Of a stretch of DNA of 64,000 bases, positions 14,913 through 39,100 are shown piece after piece. A program made the position numbers and the translations under genes. The notes under the pieces are model-generated. The model ran no database searches, was not told where the DNA came from, and saw only the letters and a list, made by a program, of their open reading frames with translations. This stretch comes from Paraspadella gotoi (lineage: Eukaryota > Animalia > Chaetognatha), in contig CM119263.1 in assembly GCA_051294375.1 (NCBI GenBank), positions 26,006,436 to 26,070,435 of the forward strand, in the 5' to 3' direction. The first letter of the stretch is position 1, and every line of letters starts with the position of its first letter.

Positions 14913-15488
14913 TAATTGCGAGAGGGAGTTGCGACTTTTATCGAGCTTCTTCTTCTCTTGGCAAAAGCCACCTTGCTGGGTTTTCTCTTTAAGTCGGCTC
15001 TTTAATCTCTTCTCTCTTTTTTATATTGTTTTTTTTTGTTTCTTTTTTTTCTTTTCTTTCTTCCAATTTTCTCTCTAGATCGTCCGCCATTTTATTTTCT
15101 TCTTTTCCTCCGGCCATCTCTCTACAACCGTCTTTCCTTTTCCCGCCTCCCAATTTAATTCCCTTTTATCTTTTTTTTTTCTTTTCTTCTCGATTCTGTT
15201 TTTTATCGCGCCTAATTTGTTTTGAAAGGACAATGGATTCGAAGCAAAGGGTTGGGGAGGATTGGTGAGTGGTTGGTGACTGGTAAGGGATTGGTGAGGA
15301 ATCAGTGAGGAATCGGTGAGGAATCGGTGAGGAATCGGCAAGGGATTTGTGAGAAACAGATTAAAAGTTCCTTTAAATCGAATATTTTTCTCAAAAAGTT
15401 ACGCATCTTTTCAAAGTCTATATTTTACATCAGAGAAACAAAGTAAAAACAATGTATTTTAAAGTGCCTGTTGTCTCCATGTGGTAAG

Positions 15489-15549
<61 letters not shown>

Positions 15550-15689
15550 GCTGTCACCGACTAAGTCAAGGTGAAAAGGATTTGGCGCCATCTTTAGATT
15601 CGTGTCTCATCAATTCGTTCAATTCAATTAAAATATTTGCAGTTTTCCTTGCAAAGCGACATCTCGTAAATGTCTAATAGAATTAACTG

Positions 15690-16137
15690 ATCAAATATGT
15701 TGCCCCGCAGTGACTGCCTTATCAGATGTATTTCTCGTGAAGACAAGACAGGACGTAACATGACACGAATTAACATGACATTACTACATAAACTACATGA
15801 ACTTTCTTTGCCCGTGTATTTATGACATGCACTGCATCAAAATTCCGTCTTCTATTCCTTATAGTGTTAGGATTTCCTGAAGGCGGCGCTAGAAGTCACT
15901 TAGATTTTATTTCTTTTGTCTTTTCTTAACAAATGAGCAACCAACTACAGGCAAGTAATATGTAACTGCGACCCAGGGCCTAGTCTCGGCCCGTCCTTTC
16001 TGAATAAATTTTTCATCTAATCTAAAATCTAATATGCGTTTTCAACTTAAGTGGAACGGACAGACATACCGACCGACCGACCGACCGATAGACCGATCGA
16101 AAAGTGACTTACAGAGTTACTCGCGGCGCGACTAAAA
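15690..16137 (-). mobile_element. Second HINE-like family (B); other copies at ~3045-3330, 6137-6430, 13930-14215, 42745-42865, 63270-63345
   Basis: Shared cttaacaaatgagcaac...gtgggacagac(cgac)n...aagtgac.ta.agagt..ctcgcggcgcgactaaaa core. Confidence 0.6.
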
Positions 16138-16987
16138 ACAAAAAAGCAGCGACGATCTAACCAGCTTTTCCTAAATTTTTAACTCGGTCGTCAGTAAGAG
16201 ATTCATGGATTCCTTCGTCGCGGAAATCAACACGAAGGCGTTTTCCGCTTTTTTCCCCGAGAGATCGGACCCGATGACATTAACCGCCACGCCCCTTTAC
16301 TCGTCTGCCCTCCCCTCCCACATTACATTACATCAAACAGAGAATGTTAGGACGACCGGGTTTTTCGTTGAGCTATTTATTTCTTGGTTGTATTGATTAA
16401 TAATTAAATTAAAATACTGTTATTTTGTTTTATCATTGTGTATTCTGAATAACATTTCGTATCTTAATTTTTTTCAAATAATATCTAGAGAAATGATTTA
16501 GCAAAAACGGAAAATTAAATAGAATCAACAGGACAAACGATCAATTCGTGTCACTAAAAAAGACTCGATGCTAAAAGATTAGTACAAGAGTGAGAAAAAA
16601 AAGAACATCAAGCGGACTCGAACCCAGGAAATCCAAGCTTCGCAAAATGGCCCTCGCCGTCGTCGTCGTCGTTGACGTCGTCATATTCGTCGTCGTTGTT
16701 GTCGTCGACCACCGGATGACGTGTCGCCTCAACTGATTCGAATCGAACCCCGATCCGAGAAATAATAAAAATTATTAATAATCCTTCAAAAATAAAAAAA
16801 GCAATGAACAAAAAAGTTGTCTACATTCTACAGTCGGAACGACGTTAAACGACTGTAACGGGGTCAACGGAATAAACAGAAGAAACGGGTGAATAACTCA
16901 ATTAATGCTTTTTCTAATTTCTTTGGTTAAACTTTGCCAAATGCGGCAGTTACTGTAAAACCGTTTTGGAAAACCTGTGGTTGCAAT

Positions 16988-17105
<118 letters not shown>

Positions 17106-17847
17106 AAGCGTTCGAGGAAGCTAGAGTAAGGCGGAGCCTCTAACGGTAACATAAAATAAATTACTTGTTGGTTACTCTTGAAGCTGTCGAGCGACTCATC
17201 TGGGTGAAAAATATTAGGGATTTCCTTTATTTAGGAAAAAAAAATTAAAAACAGGTTTTTTTAAAAGTTATTCCTGTCATCTTCTGTGGAATACATCGTC
17301 TACTCTGTTTTTGTTTTGTAAACAGATTGGAATAAAAAAAAACAACAAAAAAACACATCCGAAAAATTTGACCGAATGAAAAACGCAAAATTCTTTACAT
17401 CCATGTAAAAACTTAATCGATATAAAGCAATGTGCGAAATAATATTAAAAAAATCAGAGCGCGTTTTTTGGTTTAAAAACTTTTTTAAAATGAATCTCAA
17501 GAAATTAAAAAAAAAGTTGTTTTAAAATGATTAATCTTTATGTCAGATCAAAAATGGCATTCTTCGTTCGTCGTTCTTTGCTGTCAGTAAATATATTATC
17601 AGCTTTATTTTTATCTATTATAGCTATTCTCAAATAATAACGGCTTTGATTCGTGGTTGGCAACAGAAACTTTTTTGATCATTAAGAAATGCAAGATTCT
17701 ACAGCCCAAAATTGCAAATATAAAGTTTTTATAAATAAATTAATTAAAAATAAATAAAAAAAATTTTGTAACTTTTTTTGTTGAATGTCTTGAACTTCGC
17801 CGATAGCGTTTTTCTGTTTGTAACCAGAAATATTTTTGGACCAAGAG

Positions 17848-17931
<84 letters not shown>

Positions 17932-18094
17932 CTTCCTTATCTCGCTCTAAATCCGTTATCGAGAATTTCTCGTCGTATATCTCTGGTGAAGAATCTAAAA
18001 TATTGACGCTACGTCATTCGTCAGAAATATGTTTTTGTTATAAACATTCCCAGGTTGTTGTTAAATAATATCAATTCAACGTCGTTATTTCTTT

Positions 18095-18192
<98 letters not shown>

Positions 18193-18639
18193 GATTGCAT
18201 TTCCAGGACACGATTTCGAATAGAATTGATTGAAAAAGATAAAAATTTATTTGTCGCAATTTTTACTACGGGTAGAATATTCTTTACAAAGCTTCACACA
18301 GAAAAGAATATTCTTAATGCTTACAATTATCGCGGGAGTTTTGCAAAATTGGAATTTTTTTAAAAGATCGGATAAAAAAATCAATTTAAAAAAGAGCAAC
18401 TTGAAATTGACTGGTCATTCGGAAAGATCATCGGTCAACTTCAACTCATAATAAAAACTCAATTTGATCAACGAACGGAATAAAAAAAACTTTAAGCTAA
18501 AAAAAAACATATTATTTCTTTTCTAAATTTTTAAATATTTTATCTTATATCATCCAACTTCTTATGGATTTTTCGTTTACTGAGTCATCCGGCGGTGTTG
18601 ACGTGTTGAGTGGTAGCGGGGAGGGGTTGCAAGGTTGGG

Positions 18640-19010
18640 GTGGAAGATGAAGTGGTGGGACAAAAGTGGGCTGTGAAGGCAGGGCGTGTGATGTGAAGTG
18701 GTGGGACAAAAGTGGGCAGTGACGGCAAGGCGTGTTATGAGAAGTGGTGGGACAAAAGTGGGCAGTGAAGGCAGGGCGTGTCAAGTAAAGTGAGGGCGTG
18801 TGAAGTCAACTAAGGTTTTGTGAAGTAAAGTGACGAAAAAAGAAGTGTTAAGTGAGGGCGTGTGAAGTGGAGTGAGAGCGTGTGATTTGAAGTGAGATCG
18901 GTGGAAGTGAAGTGATGGCATGTGATTGGAAGTGAGGACGTGTGAAGTGAAGTTAAGATGTGTAATGTGACGTTAGGGCGTCTAAATTGAAGTGAGGGCG
19001 TGTTAAGTAA
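18640..19010. repeat. Degenerate GTGAA/GGGCGTGTGAAGT repeat upstream of the TOCA gene
   Basis: Repeated gtgggacaaaagtgggc and gagggcgtgtgaagt units. Confidence 0.7.
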
Positions 19011-19543
19011 AAACATCAAACTCTTTTTCACACATCAATATTTCAGTTTTAAATTGTTTTTACATATTCCTCCCATTCATTATGGTCAGTAAAAGAGAAT
19101 AAATTCCTCAATAAACTGTATCGATATTCAACAACGACGACGACGCCGGCGCCGTAATTCACGCGGACCGCAGCCTCGCGGCGGGGACTGTTTGCGGTGC
19201 CGCGACTGAGTGCGACTGTGATGCGGGTTCGAAAAACTAAAAACTCGAAAAACTCGGAATTTTTTTTTCACGATCGACGATTTTCATCGAACTTTTTCCT
19301 TCACAAATAATAATTCCCTTTCCGCCAAAAAAATCGTTAAAATAAGAAAATATTTAGAGGAAACTTTCTTAGTTAAGTTTAATCAAAATATCTCCAGACG
19401 GTCGATTCATGGATTAATGCTCTTCGGGGTCAACCGCCCTTTCTCACTCGCTCTTTTCAGATCTCATTTTATCGCGAACGCTCCCTCTCATTTCATCTCT
19501 CTCGATCTCTAAATAGAAATAGAGAGCGATAGAGTTGTCTACG

Positions 19544-29560
<10,017 letters not shown>

Positions 29561-29795
29561 AGGAAGAATTTGGGGGTGCGAGAGGGAGTGGCGAGAAATA
29601 TAGAGACGGAGAGGCTTCAATTTGAATGATGGAAGAAGAAGAAATATTGAAGAAGAGTGAAAAGAAATTAACGATGACGAAAAAGGAAATATTTGTCTTC
29701 GAAAAAATAACATGAATCGATGTAAATTACACTAGTCTACTTTTTGTCATTTTTCCGGTGCGTTGTTTACCGTTTAAACGCCTCAAGCCTAGCCT

Positions 29796-29807
29796 AATAA
29801 ATTTATT
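29796..29807. terminator. Back-to-back polyadenylation signals between convergent genes
   Basis: AATAAA on + (29796-29801) directly abuts AATAAA on - (29807-29802), between stop codons at 29560 and 30155. Confidence 0.45.
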
Positions 29808-30154
29808 TTTCATAAACGGTGCATTTTTTTTTCTTCCAAGGATGCTTTATTATACTTCGAAATAAGCGCGAAATTTAATAAGGTTTTAACAGTATACATT
29901 TAACCAGAAATAAACGCCATAAAATCAGAATTTACAAATGTCAGAAAGAGAAAAAAATATTTTTGTAGTTATCTCTTGTAACGGTTCTGTGTTCCATAAA
30001 AGGCTCATTTAAAGGACGAATAGTGCTTATAATTCAAATTATTCCAAATTAAATTCCATATTTGTACTATCTTGACTTCCGTTAAGAAACTTCACTACTA
30101 TTCAATATGTCCCTTCTCCCCCCCCCCTCAATTTTCTTGTTCCTCTTTTCTTCT

Positions 30155-33100
30155 TCAAGCGTCCGAGGGTTCTTTACTCTTTGTATCAGACTCGTAAGTC
30201 GCAAAGTTATCATATCCTCCGCTGGAGTCGAAGTACAGCTGGGATCGACGGAAGGCAGAGTAACCTGTCATTAAAGTTGCAATAAAGTTCATTCGAAAAT
30301 TTATAATATTTTTTTAAAATCTATTCATTATGAATCAAAACAAACTGATAAATATATACTAATTTAAAATTTTGGAGAAGGAAGATGGCGTTACCTGTAT
30401 CGAGGTCATCACTGTGTATCATGATGGGTGCGTCCCCTGATACCCAGGTGCTGTACCTAAAATGGTGACGGGGTCATTTTAAATCGGATCTTTTGTTAGC
30501 TTTTTTAAACCTTTTTTACTATTCTCTATTTTCTTTCTTTCGTAGTCGGGCATTGCGATATGTTTCTTTCTTTCTTCCTTTCCTTCTTAATTTCTTTCTT
30601 TTTCTCTATTTTCTTCATACTAATTTTTTTCCTATCCTTTATTATTATTTATTTCTTTTCTCTTGATCTTCTTTCTTCCTCTCACTTGTCCTTTTTTCTA
30701 AGGGTGACGATGACTGCCACGATGGCGATGACTATGAGAAAGAAGGCGATTTATGACAGACAACAAAAACATATGATCGCAATAACAGCGTGGAGAGCCC
30801 TTCTTCTATTTCCTTCACTTTTTCGCAATATTCTCCTTCATATTGGTCAGAACATCTGAAAAATAAAAGGAAAATGGCGATTGATCGATCGACATTGTAC
30901 ATTTTACGGGCTGAAATTTTTTACTCATATGTAATATGTATACAAGGGTAGGACCCTATATCGAGACAAACTTAACGTCCTGCCCTGTCTGAACGATTTG
31001 AGATACAATTTGAGGTACAATAATAAAATGAATGGCAAAAGTTTTTTCTGGCTTTTTACTTTTATATACAGGGGTGGGACCCTTTATCGATACAAAATTT
31101 AAGAAGAAACATTACTCTAAAGCTTCTTAATGATTTTTAAAATCTGAATAAATATTCGTATAGTGTAGTATAGTATTCATAGAGTAGCCTTTAGACGATA
31201 TATTAAATATTTTTAAATTCTTTGATATAAATTATATCAAATATTATAATGCTTTTTATGATGCAGCAAAAGCAACTGCTTCGTTTTCTCCGCGCGGTTT
31301 AGAAGAAAAGTATTTGACAACTTAAGCATATTCATTATAATCTTCCTAAAATAAAAAAAATGAAATAGGTTTAATTTGGATATTGATGAAATTGATGAAT
31401 TGAAGATAACACTGTCATGTTCAGAAACGACCACTGAAAAATATTAACAAGTATGGCTTTTATTGTATGCAGTACAATGTGCGCGCATAAAAACGACTAA
31501 TTTTTTTAAAAAATCAATGACGCCCTGCAGTTGCTTAAAATTTTTTTTTTTATTGTTTATTGAAATAAAAAGACAAAAAAAAAACTGTTGCCACTCATTT
31601 TATTATCGTTCAGACAGGACAGGACATTAAGCTTTGTCTCGATATAGGGTCCCACCCCTGTACAATGAAAAAAATTACATTTTTAAGCAACTACAAGGTG
31701 TCATGGATGTTTTCAAAACTTTGTTGTTTTTACGCAGGCACAATGTATTGCATACGATGAAAGCCATACTTGTTAATATTTTTCAGTTGTCGTTTCTGAA
31801 CATGACAGTAGTATGTCTTATCTTCAATTCAATTCAGCTTTTCATCACTATTCAAATTAAACCTTATTATACTATAAATAAATGTTAATAATTTTCAGTG
31901 GTAGTTACTGAACATCCAAATTAAACTTATTTAATTTTTTTTAGGTAAGTAAAACAAAATTTTAGGAAGATTATAACGATTATGCTTAAATTATCAAATA
32001 CTTTATGTATTTCTTACCTTTTTAACACTTTTTTTATGCATTCAGAAACCTTACATGATTAATTCAATTATCTGACAATATCATTAATAAATTTTTTGAT
32101 AAAAGTAAGTTTTAATAAAAACTATACTTTAACAGTAACTTACCCAAACCTTACTTGCTTACATTAAAAAATTTTTAAACAAAATACTATGTACACCTTG
32201 CCAGAAGCATTATTATACTATAAATAAGTACATCCAAAAATATTTTTAACCCTTATGTTAAACAATATTTATTCAAACATTTTTTTTCTAAACCGCAGGG
32301 AAAAAACCGAGCAGTTGCTGCATCAAAAAAAGCATAATATCAAAGAAATTCAAAACAATTAATATATTGTTTATTCAGATTTTAAAAATCAATCAGAGCT
32401 TTAGAGTAATGATTTTTTAAAATTTTTAAACCCCTGTATATTAAGGTAAAGTGAAAGGTTGGAATCAAAATTTAGCAGTTATATCTTAAAAACTATCATA
32501 TTAATAAATATTAATCTGTAGTTATTTTTTTTTACAAATATAATAGCCCAGTCAGCTTATTTTGTATATAATACTACTCTAATATAATATCAAAATTTTA
32601 AAATGGTTTTTTTTTAATTCTGAGAACAGATTCAGATTCCTTATAAAAAGTTAATAAAAGAAAACAAACCTTTTTCAAAAATTATGTATTAAGTAGGTTA
32701 AAATTACAAAAAACTATATTTTTAAACTGGAAATTAAAAATCAGCATCTTAAATATAATTTTTTTACATTTTTGACCACCTTAATAAATTTTTTTTAAAA
32801 AAAGAATTATACTTTCTTATATCAACTTTTTACAAGGAATCCAAATCCGATCTTAAAATTTAAAAATTTGCATTTTGAAATTTTAGCTTATTATATACTC
32901 ATTACTATATTTAATATAGCTCACTGGTGCTCACTAATGTATAAAATTAAAAAATAAAATTTCCAAGGTATTTTAATTGGTTTTTATTTTTATGTTTTAT
33001 ATGCTAAATTTTACGTTTCTAAAATTTTATTATTTTCACATCACTCTACTGTACATATTGTTTTAACATATAATATACTTACTCGCAAGTCGGCTCCCCA

Positions 33101-36100
33101 GTTGCTGCAGCTTCTACACAAGACCCTCCGTTTTGACAGACAAAAGCCAAACACTTTTGGGCCAGAAGATTCTCTACCAAAACTGAAATGGAATATTAAA
33201 AGCGAAATTGAACATAAAATACAACAAAAAATATAATTTGAAAAATAGCCATTCGACCACAAAAAATGCTTCCGGTCAAACAATCGCCGCGGCTCTTTAT
33301 TAAGGCATAGTGAAAGTGTCCTATTAAAATTAATGAAAACTATAAATATTCTTGCATAAATAAACATTTATTCATAAAAATATTTTTTATATTCTCAGTT
33401 TTTGCGTTGTGCTATATTTATACAATATACATAGTAGTCACGTGAAAAATCAAATAATAAATATCAAAATTACATTTTAGGTTATATTTCATAAGTTTTT
33501 TAAAATAATTATATTTCATTTTATCAACTTTTTATCAAAAATTCAAATCTGCTATATAAGTGACCAAATTTTGTTAAAAATTTGATACTTTAAATAAGGT
33601 CATAAGGTCGATTTTGATTCTACTTGATTTTGAAATTTTTACCACACTTTATTACTCACTGATATCAGAAAAATTCTGGGGATTTCTCACGAAGTACGAG
33701 TTAGGATCAATCTGATAAATGTTCTCCAAGATGTTGTTGGTACCATTTAATTTGTTACGGAGGAAGAGTGCAATGCGGCGGAACTCGCCAGGTGTGATGG
33801 GATTCATTATCTTCACTAAGTATTCAACATTGATAGATCCTCCCCTAAATAAATGAAATTAAATGAATTAGTAAAATAAATCTCATAATACAGGGTTCGG
33901 ACTTAAAACTTACCCCCCATAGGAAAAATTACTAATCCCCTCGAATCCTTCTAATTTAAAACGCAATGAAAAGAGATATTATGAGGCAACTTACCACCGG
34001 ACTCTCGCTCTAAACCCTTCCTCTCTCCTCTATCTTCGTACCGGTCTTTCCCCACGGTCACTTTGCCCTAGCTTTGGCAATGACCTTAGATTGAGAGAGA
34101 GACCGGTGGTAAGTCGCCTCAATTATACACAAAGTTAAATTTAGAATTTTTACTTCCTTTAGTAGTCACATCATCAAATTAAAATTAGTGCACAATTCTT
34201 TTATGATTCTTCTGATTCAAAACCAAATTACTAGAAGTATTTCATATACAACCAGTTTTTCAGTTTCTTAATGCTCAGTTTTTAATCCCTCTATCCCCAA
34301 CTACATATTGTCACTCTCTTAATCACTTACAAGAAGCTTGTAATTATGATGTCCTTGTAACCAGACAAGTCTTGATAAATTTTCTTGAGGGCATTGGTCA
34401 CTTCTTGCGGCGTTGCAGTTGGGTTTGAAGCCCGAGCGACATTACGATTAGCAATTTTCATTCCGCACTGAATACCTTCTTTGCTAAAGCACATCTCATT
34501 GATTTTTTCAAAGCCCTGATCGCACTGACATGTAAAGACTTTCCCTTGCGCCAAGCATCGGGCAACCTCTGTCTTTGGGCAGGGTTTTGCAAGTGTATTA
34601 TCACAGGTGACAGTCTGGTCAACAAGCACACAATATGTATTTGTGATTCCACCCTTGTAGCCTTGTTTGCAGGGGCAAGTGAAACCGCCTTCAGTATTGG
34701 TGCACCTAGTTGTTGAGTTATCGCAGTTGTCTATTCTTTTATCACATTCGTTAATATCATTGCAGGAATCCTTGCCCAGCCTCTCGTAGCCTTGGTAGCA
34801 GCGGCATTCATAGAGGGGTGGGTTGGTAGAAATGCAAGCAGAGTTAACGCAAGGATCATTTCTCTGGCAAACATCAATGCCAATGCACCTAACCTTTGGA
34901 TCCCCCTCATACATTGTTGGACACACGCAGGAGAAGCTGCCTGGTGAATCAATGCATTCAGCATTTAGCCCACAGGGTTTTGGTGTCTTGAGGCATTCAT
35001 TGATATTGGTGCACTGCAGACCAGTGCCCTCAAATCCTGGTAGACATATGCATGTTGTGTTGTCTTTGCATTGTGCATTGACGTCGCATGCGGGAGAGCA
35101 GTGCGTAGGAATGCATTCTCCTGGGTTTGACACGTCTTTGGCAAAGCCATCATAGCAGGTACAAGTATAGGAACCTTCAGTATTGGTGCAGTTGGCATTA
35201 GCTTGACAAGGTGACGCCTTGCATTCATCAATGTCATTACAGCTCACTTGACCGTTGCCTTCATAGCCCGTATTACATGTGCAGTTAAAACCAACAGCAA
35301 AATCAAAACAGGTTGATTTAGCAGCACAAGGGGAGGGGGTCAATGCACACTCGTCAACTGGCAAGGTGGCACAAACGCGACCGTTTCCATTAAAAGGAGC
35401 TCTGCATGTACAAGTAAAGGATCCAATAGTGTTTAAGCAATCTGCATTGATGTCACATGGATTCAATGAAGTACATTCATTTATATCTTCACAGAAGGTA
35501 CCATTGCCACTGAATCCAGTATTGCAGATGCAAGTAAATGAACCAGGAGTGTCTGTGCAAGTGGCATTGTTGTGGCACGTAGTCGGGTCAAGACATTCAT
35601 TGATATTGATTTCGCAAAAGATGCCTGTGAATCCAGAGGGACATACGCAGCCCCTGTCTGAATCGCAGTTACCCCGGATGCATTTGCAGTCTTTTGTGCA
35701 GTTAACGCCCCACTTGCTAGTGGGGCACCGTCTCTTGCTGACGCACTTGAGTAGAGTGGGGACCGAGGAGGGACGCAGGAAATAATCTGGTGGGCACGCG
35801 GTGCAGTTATGATGTACGCCAGTGTCCTGCGCGGCGACGACGTCTTCACATCCAGTTCCATCGGATTTGCAGGGATTGAGCGCACATCCATTCAAGTCCG
35901 TCTCACAGCTCAGGCCTGCATGGACATGGGAGTGTAAAGGAAGAGGTTGACTTCTCTAATTTTTTTTAATGAAACCGAGCTACTATATTAATACAGAGTT
36001 TGGACTTAAAACTTACCCCCCCATTTGTACTCAATGATATATCCGAAAAATTTAGTTTTATCAATTATTTCATTAGTCATTTTACTTCATGTCACGTACT

Positions 36101-39100
36101 CATTTATGAAGTATACCTTCCTAAGGACCCTTCCAAAGATGAAGAGACATTATGAAAAAGTCTTTACATTCTTCAATAATGGGTCGAGATTGATGTAATT
36201 CCGGTTACAAGTACTGTTTAGTGTTACATTTAATTCGCCCCATACTGCAATATCCAAATATATTTAGATACTGTATTATATGGGGCATAACGCCCTGAGG
36301 CCAAAATTCGGAAAAATTATATTAATGGAAATCTTACTTTGTACTAGTAAGTAGTAACATAGGGATCTTGTAAGAGTGATGGAGGCCTTAAACCACCAAA
36401 GTCTGTCCAAAGTCAGTGGCAAGATAGCTTATTTATTAAATGAATGGATAATTTTTATATTGGTTGTACCAATTTTATAAAATTGTATTTTGATACTAGT
36501 GCAGAGAACAATATAGTATTCCCCAATCTTATACTTAAGGGAGTGGTCTTTTCATACAGTTGAAACATTCTTTGAAACATTATACCACTTCATTGATAGG
36601 AAAGCTAGGTACTCTAGGAGTGAATAAACAAGACTGTGAGAAAGTCTTGATTGAAAGCTTGCAGGGACCTGCTATGTCATTATCTTGTAAGAGTTACCAC
36701 CAAAGCCTGTCCAAAGTCAGGGGCAAGAAAGCTTGTTTATTAAATGAATGGATAAATTTTATAATTTATATTGGTTGTACCAATTTTATAGTATATTATG
36801 CTGTAAAAATAACATAGATCCATGGTTTATAAGTCACCTAATCCCGGTAATTGTATGGTACTTCAATTTACTGCAGCATACTGCAGCTTCAATTTTTTTT
36901 TTAAGATATAAAATTTTAAAGTACCAACTGATTGATATTGCTTGTTATACAATTTTGGCTTATGTTAGAAATTAGATTTTTTATTTGAGAACTCCATAAA
37001 CAGTACTCTCTAAATACCACCATAAAGAAACCCACAAGGTTGATCAATGATCATTTTAACTTTTGCAGGAGTGCAAATATTTATATGTCGTAGATTTTTA
37101 ACTATTTGGGAGCGGAGCAAACATGACTCCTGGTTTTCGGTTGCTTTACATACTAATGTAAAACTAAATACAATCCAAAAAATAGAAAAATCCATAACGA
37201 TTCATCTGCTATAAAAAATAAAACTAATTTGTAAAAGAATTGTGTGTGGGGGAGGATCAATTAGGGGGGTAAGATTCAATCCGAACTCTGTACATTTTTA
37301 GTCGGATCTGCTTATCAGCAGATTCCGACTCTATAATTCACTTTGTCGGTCCGTCGGTCCCTCTCCTAAATCTTGTCATTAAATCATTTTTATCACATCA
37401 GAACATCATATGCTAAATTAAGCAAAAAAAAAAAAATCAATGTCCGTCCGTCCGTCTTTTCCACCTTTTTATTAAACTCCAATAACTCGTGATCGGATGG
37501 ATGAATTGGAATGAAATTTTGTGTGTGGTGAGGAAAGTGTATGATTGAGCTGGATATAAAGTTTTTATGAAATCGTGCGAGTGGAAATGAGTTTGCATGG
37601 AAAAATCTAAAGTCAAGTTGACTTGAATTTTTATTATTTATGCTTACTCATGTATGTTTTAATTAATTAATTAATTAAGTAAAAAAATGATGTTATTTTA
37701 AAAAAATGATGCAAGTTAAAAAAATAATGCATATTGAAAAAATGATGCAAGTTAAAAGAATGATGCAAGTTGAAAAAATGAAGCAAGTTGAAAAAATGAT
37801 GCAAGTTGAAAAAAATTATGGGAGTTTAAAAAATGATGGGAGTTTAAAAAAGATGCAATTTAAAAAAATGATGGGAGTTTAAAAAAGATGCAAATTGAAA
37901 AAATGATGCAAGTTGAAAAAATGAAGCAAGTTGAAAAAATGATGCAAGTTGAAAAAAGTATGCAAGTTGAAAAATTGATGCAAGTTGAAAAAAATGATAC
38001 AAGTTGAAAAAAATTATGCAAGTTGAAAATATGATGCGAGTAAAAAAAATGATGCAAGTGGAAAAAACAATAATAGTTAAAAAAATTATTTGTACTTTAT
38101 TTGTAATTATTTCTACTATAGTATTTATTTATTTATTTAGTTATTTAGTTATTAATTTAGCTAATTACCGCTTAATTATCGTGGGAAGATCCGACATTGT
38201 TTGCTCAAACTTATTTTTAAATTAATGACTATGCTTAGTTACAGAGAAGGAAACATAGCATATATACTATATATTATATAGCCATTTCATTCTTTAATTT
38301 TTTTCATAGTTGTGAATTATAAATACAGTAGTAGCCAATAAAATTGTCGAACTTTTTATCCTCAATGTTCGCTTTAATCTACGTCTTTACAACTTTCTTT
38401 CCAACATCATATTGGGATGACCTCTATAAAACTTAAATCCACAGGCTTTTCGAAACTTACCTTCCCAATTGGGGGGACAATCACAGGTGGCGAAGCGGGC
38501 TTTTGTTGTGGCATTCGTTCTTGTCCTCTCATATACGCACTTTCCCCCGTTGACACAGTCACAGATGACAAAAGTCATTGTAAGGGCACTGATCTTTTCC
38601 AACGGAGGAGTCGTTCGTCCCGGGTTGGTTGTGGCCACGAATCTTCATGAGGAAAGTTTAAAATATAAATATATAATAATATATAAATAATATCATCAAT
38701 AAGTATTTAGGTACAAAGATGGATATTGGATAATCAGCCATTTAAGTAACTACATAATACCTATAAGTTTCTTAATGAAAGATTACCACCAAAGTTCTAT
38801 AGGCAAGTAACAGATTGTCTGTCATATTACTTATTCTAGCGAAATTTCTTTTTTTTTATTAGAAAACGAATTTTCAAAATCTTAGAATATTTTTTTTAAA
38901 AGGGTCTTTGCTTACTGCTCAAAATCAGTCTAAAACCCGTCAAAATCCATGCCCCTTTTTACATGATGTATCTATGAAAGTTTTCAAATTTTTTTTTTTA
39001 CTTATCATTATATCTAATAACTCATTTTGGGAATGGGAAGTCAGTGTTGTCTTCTGGAAATAGAGGGAGCATCTACACAACACAAGGTTAGATTACAATC

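Noticed and set aside
34458-35891. Antisense and alternative-frame ORFs over the EGF exon (also 60112-61547)
   Set aside because: Shadows of the Cys-rich coding frame; their conservation follows from the paralogy.
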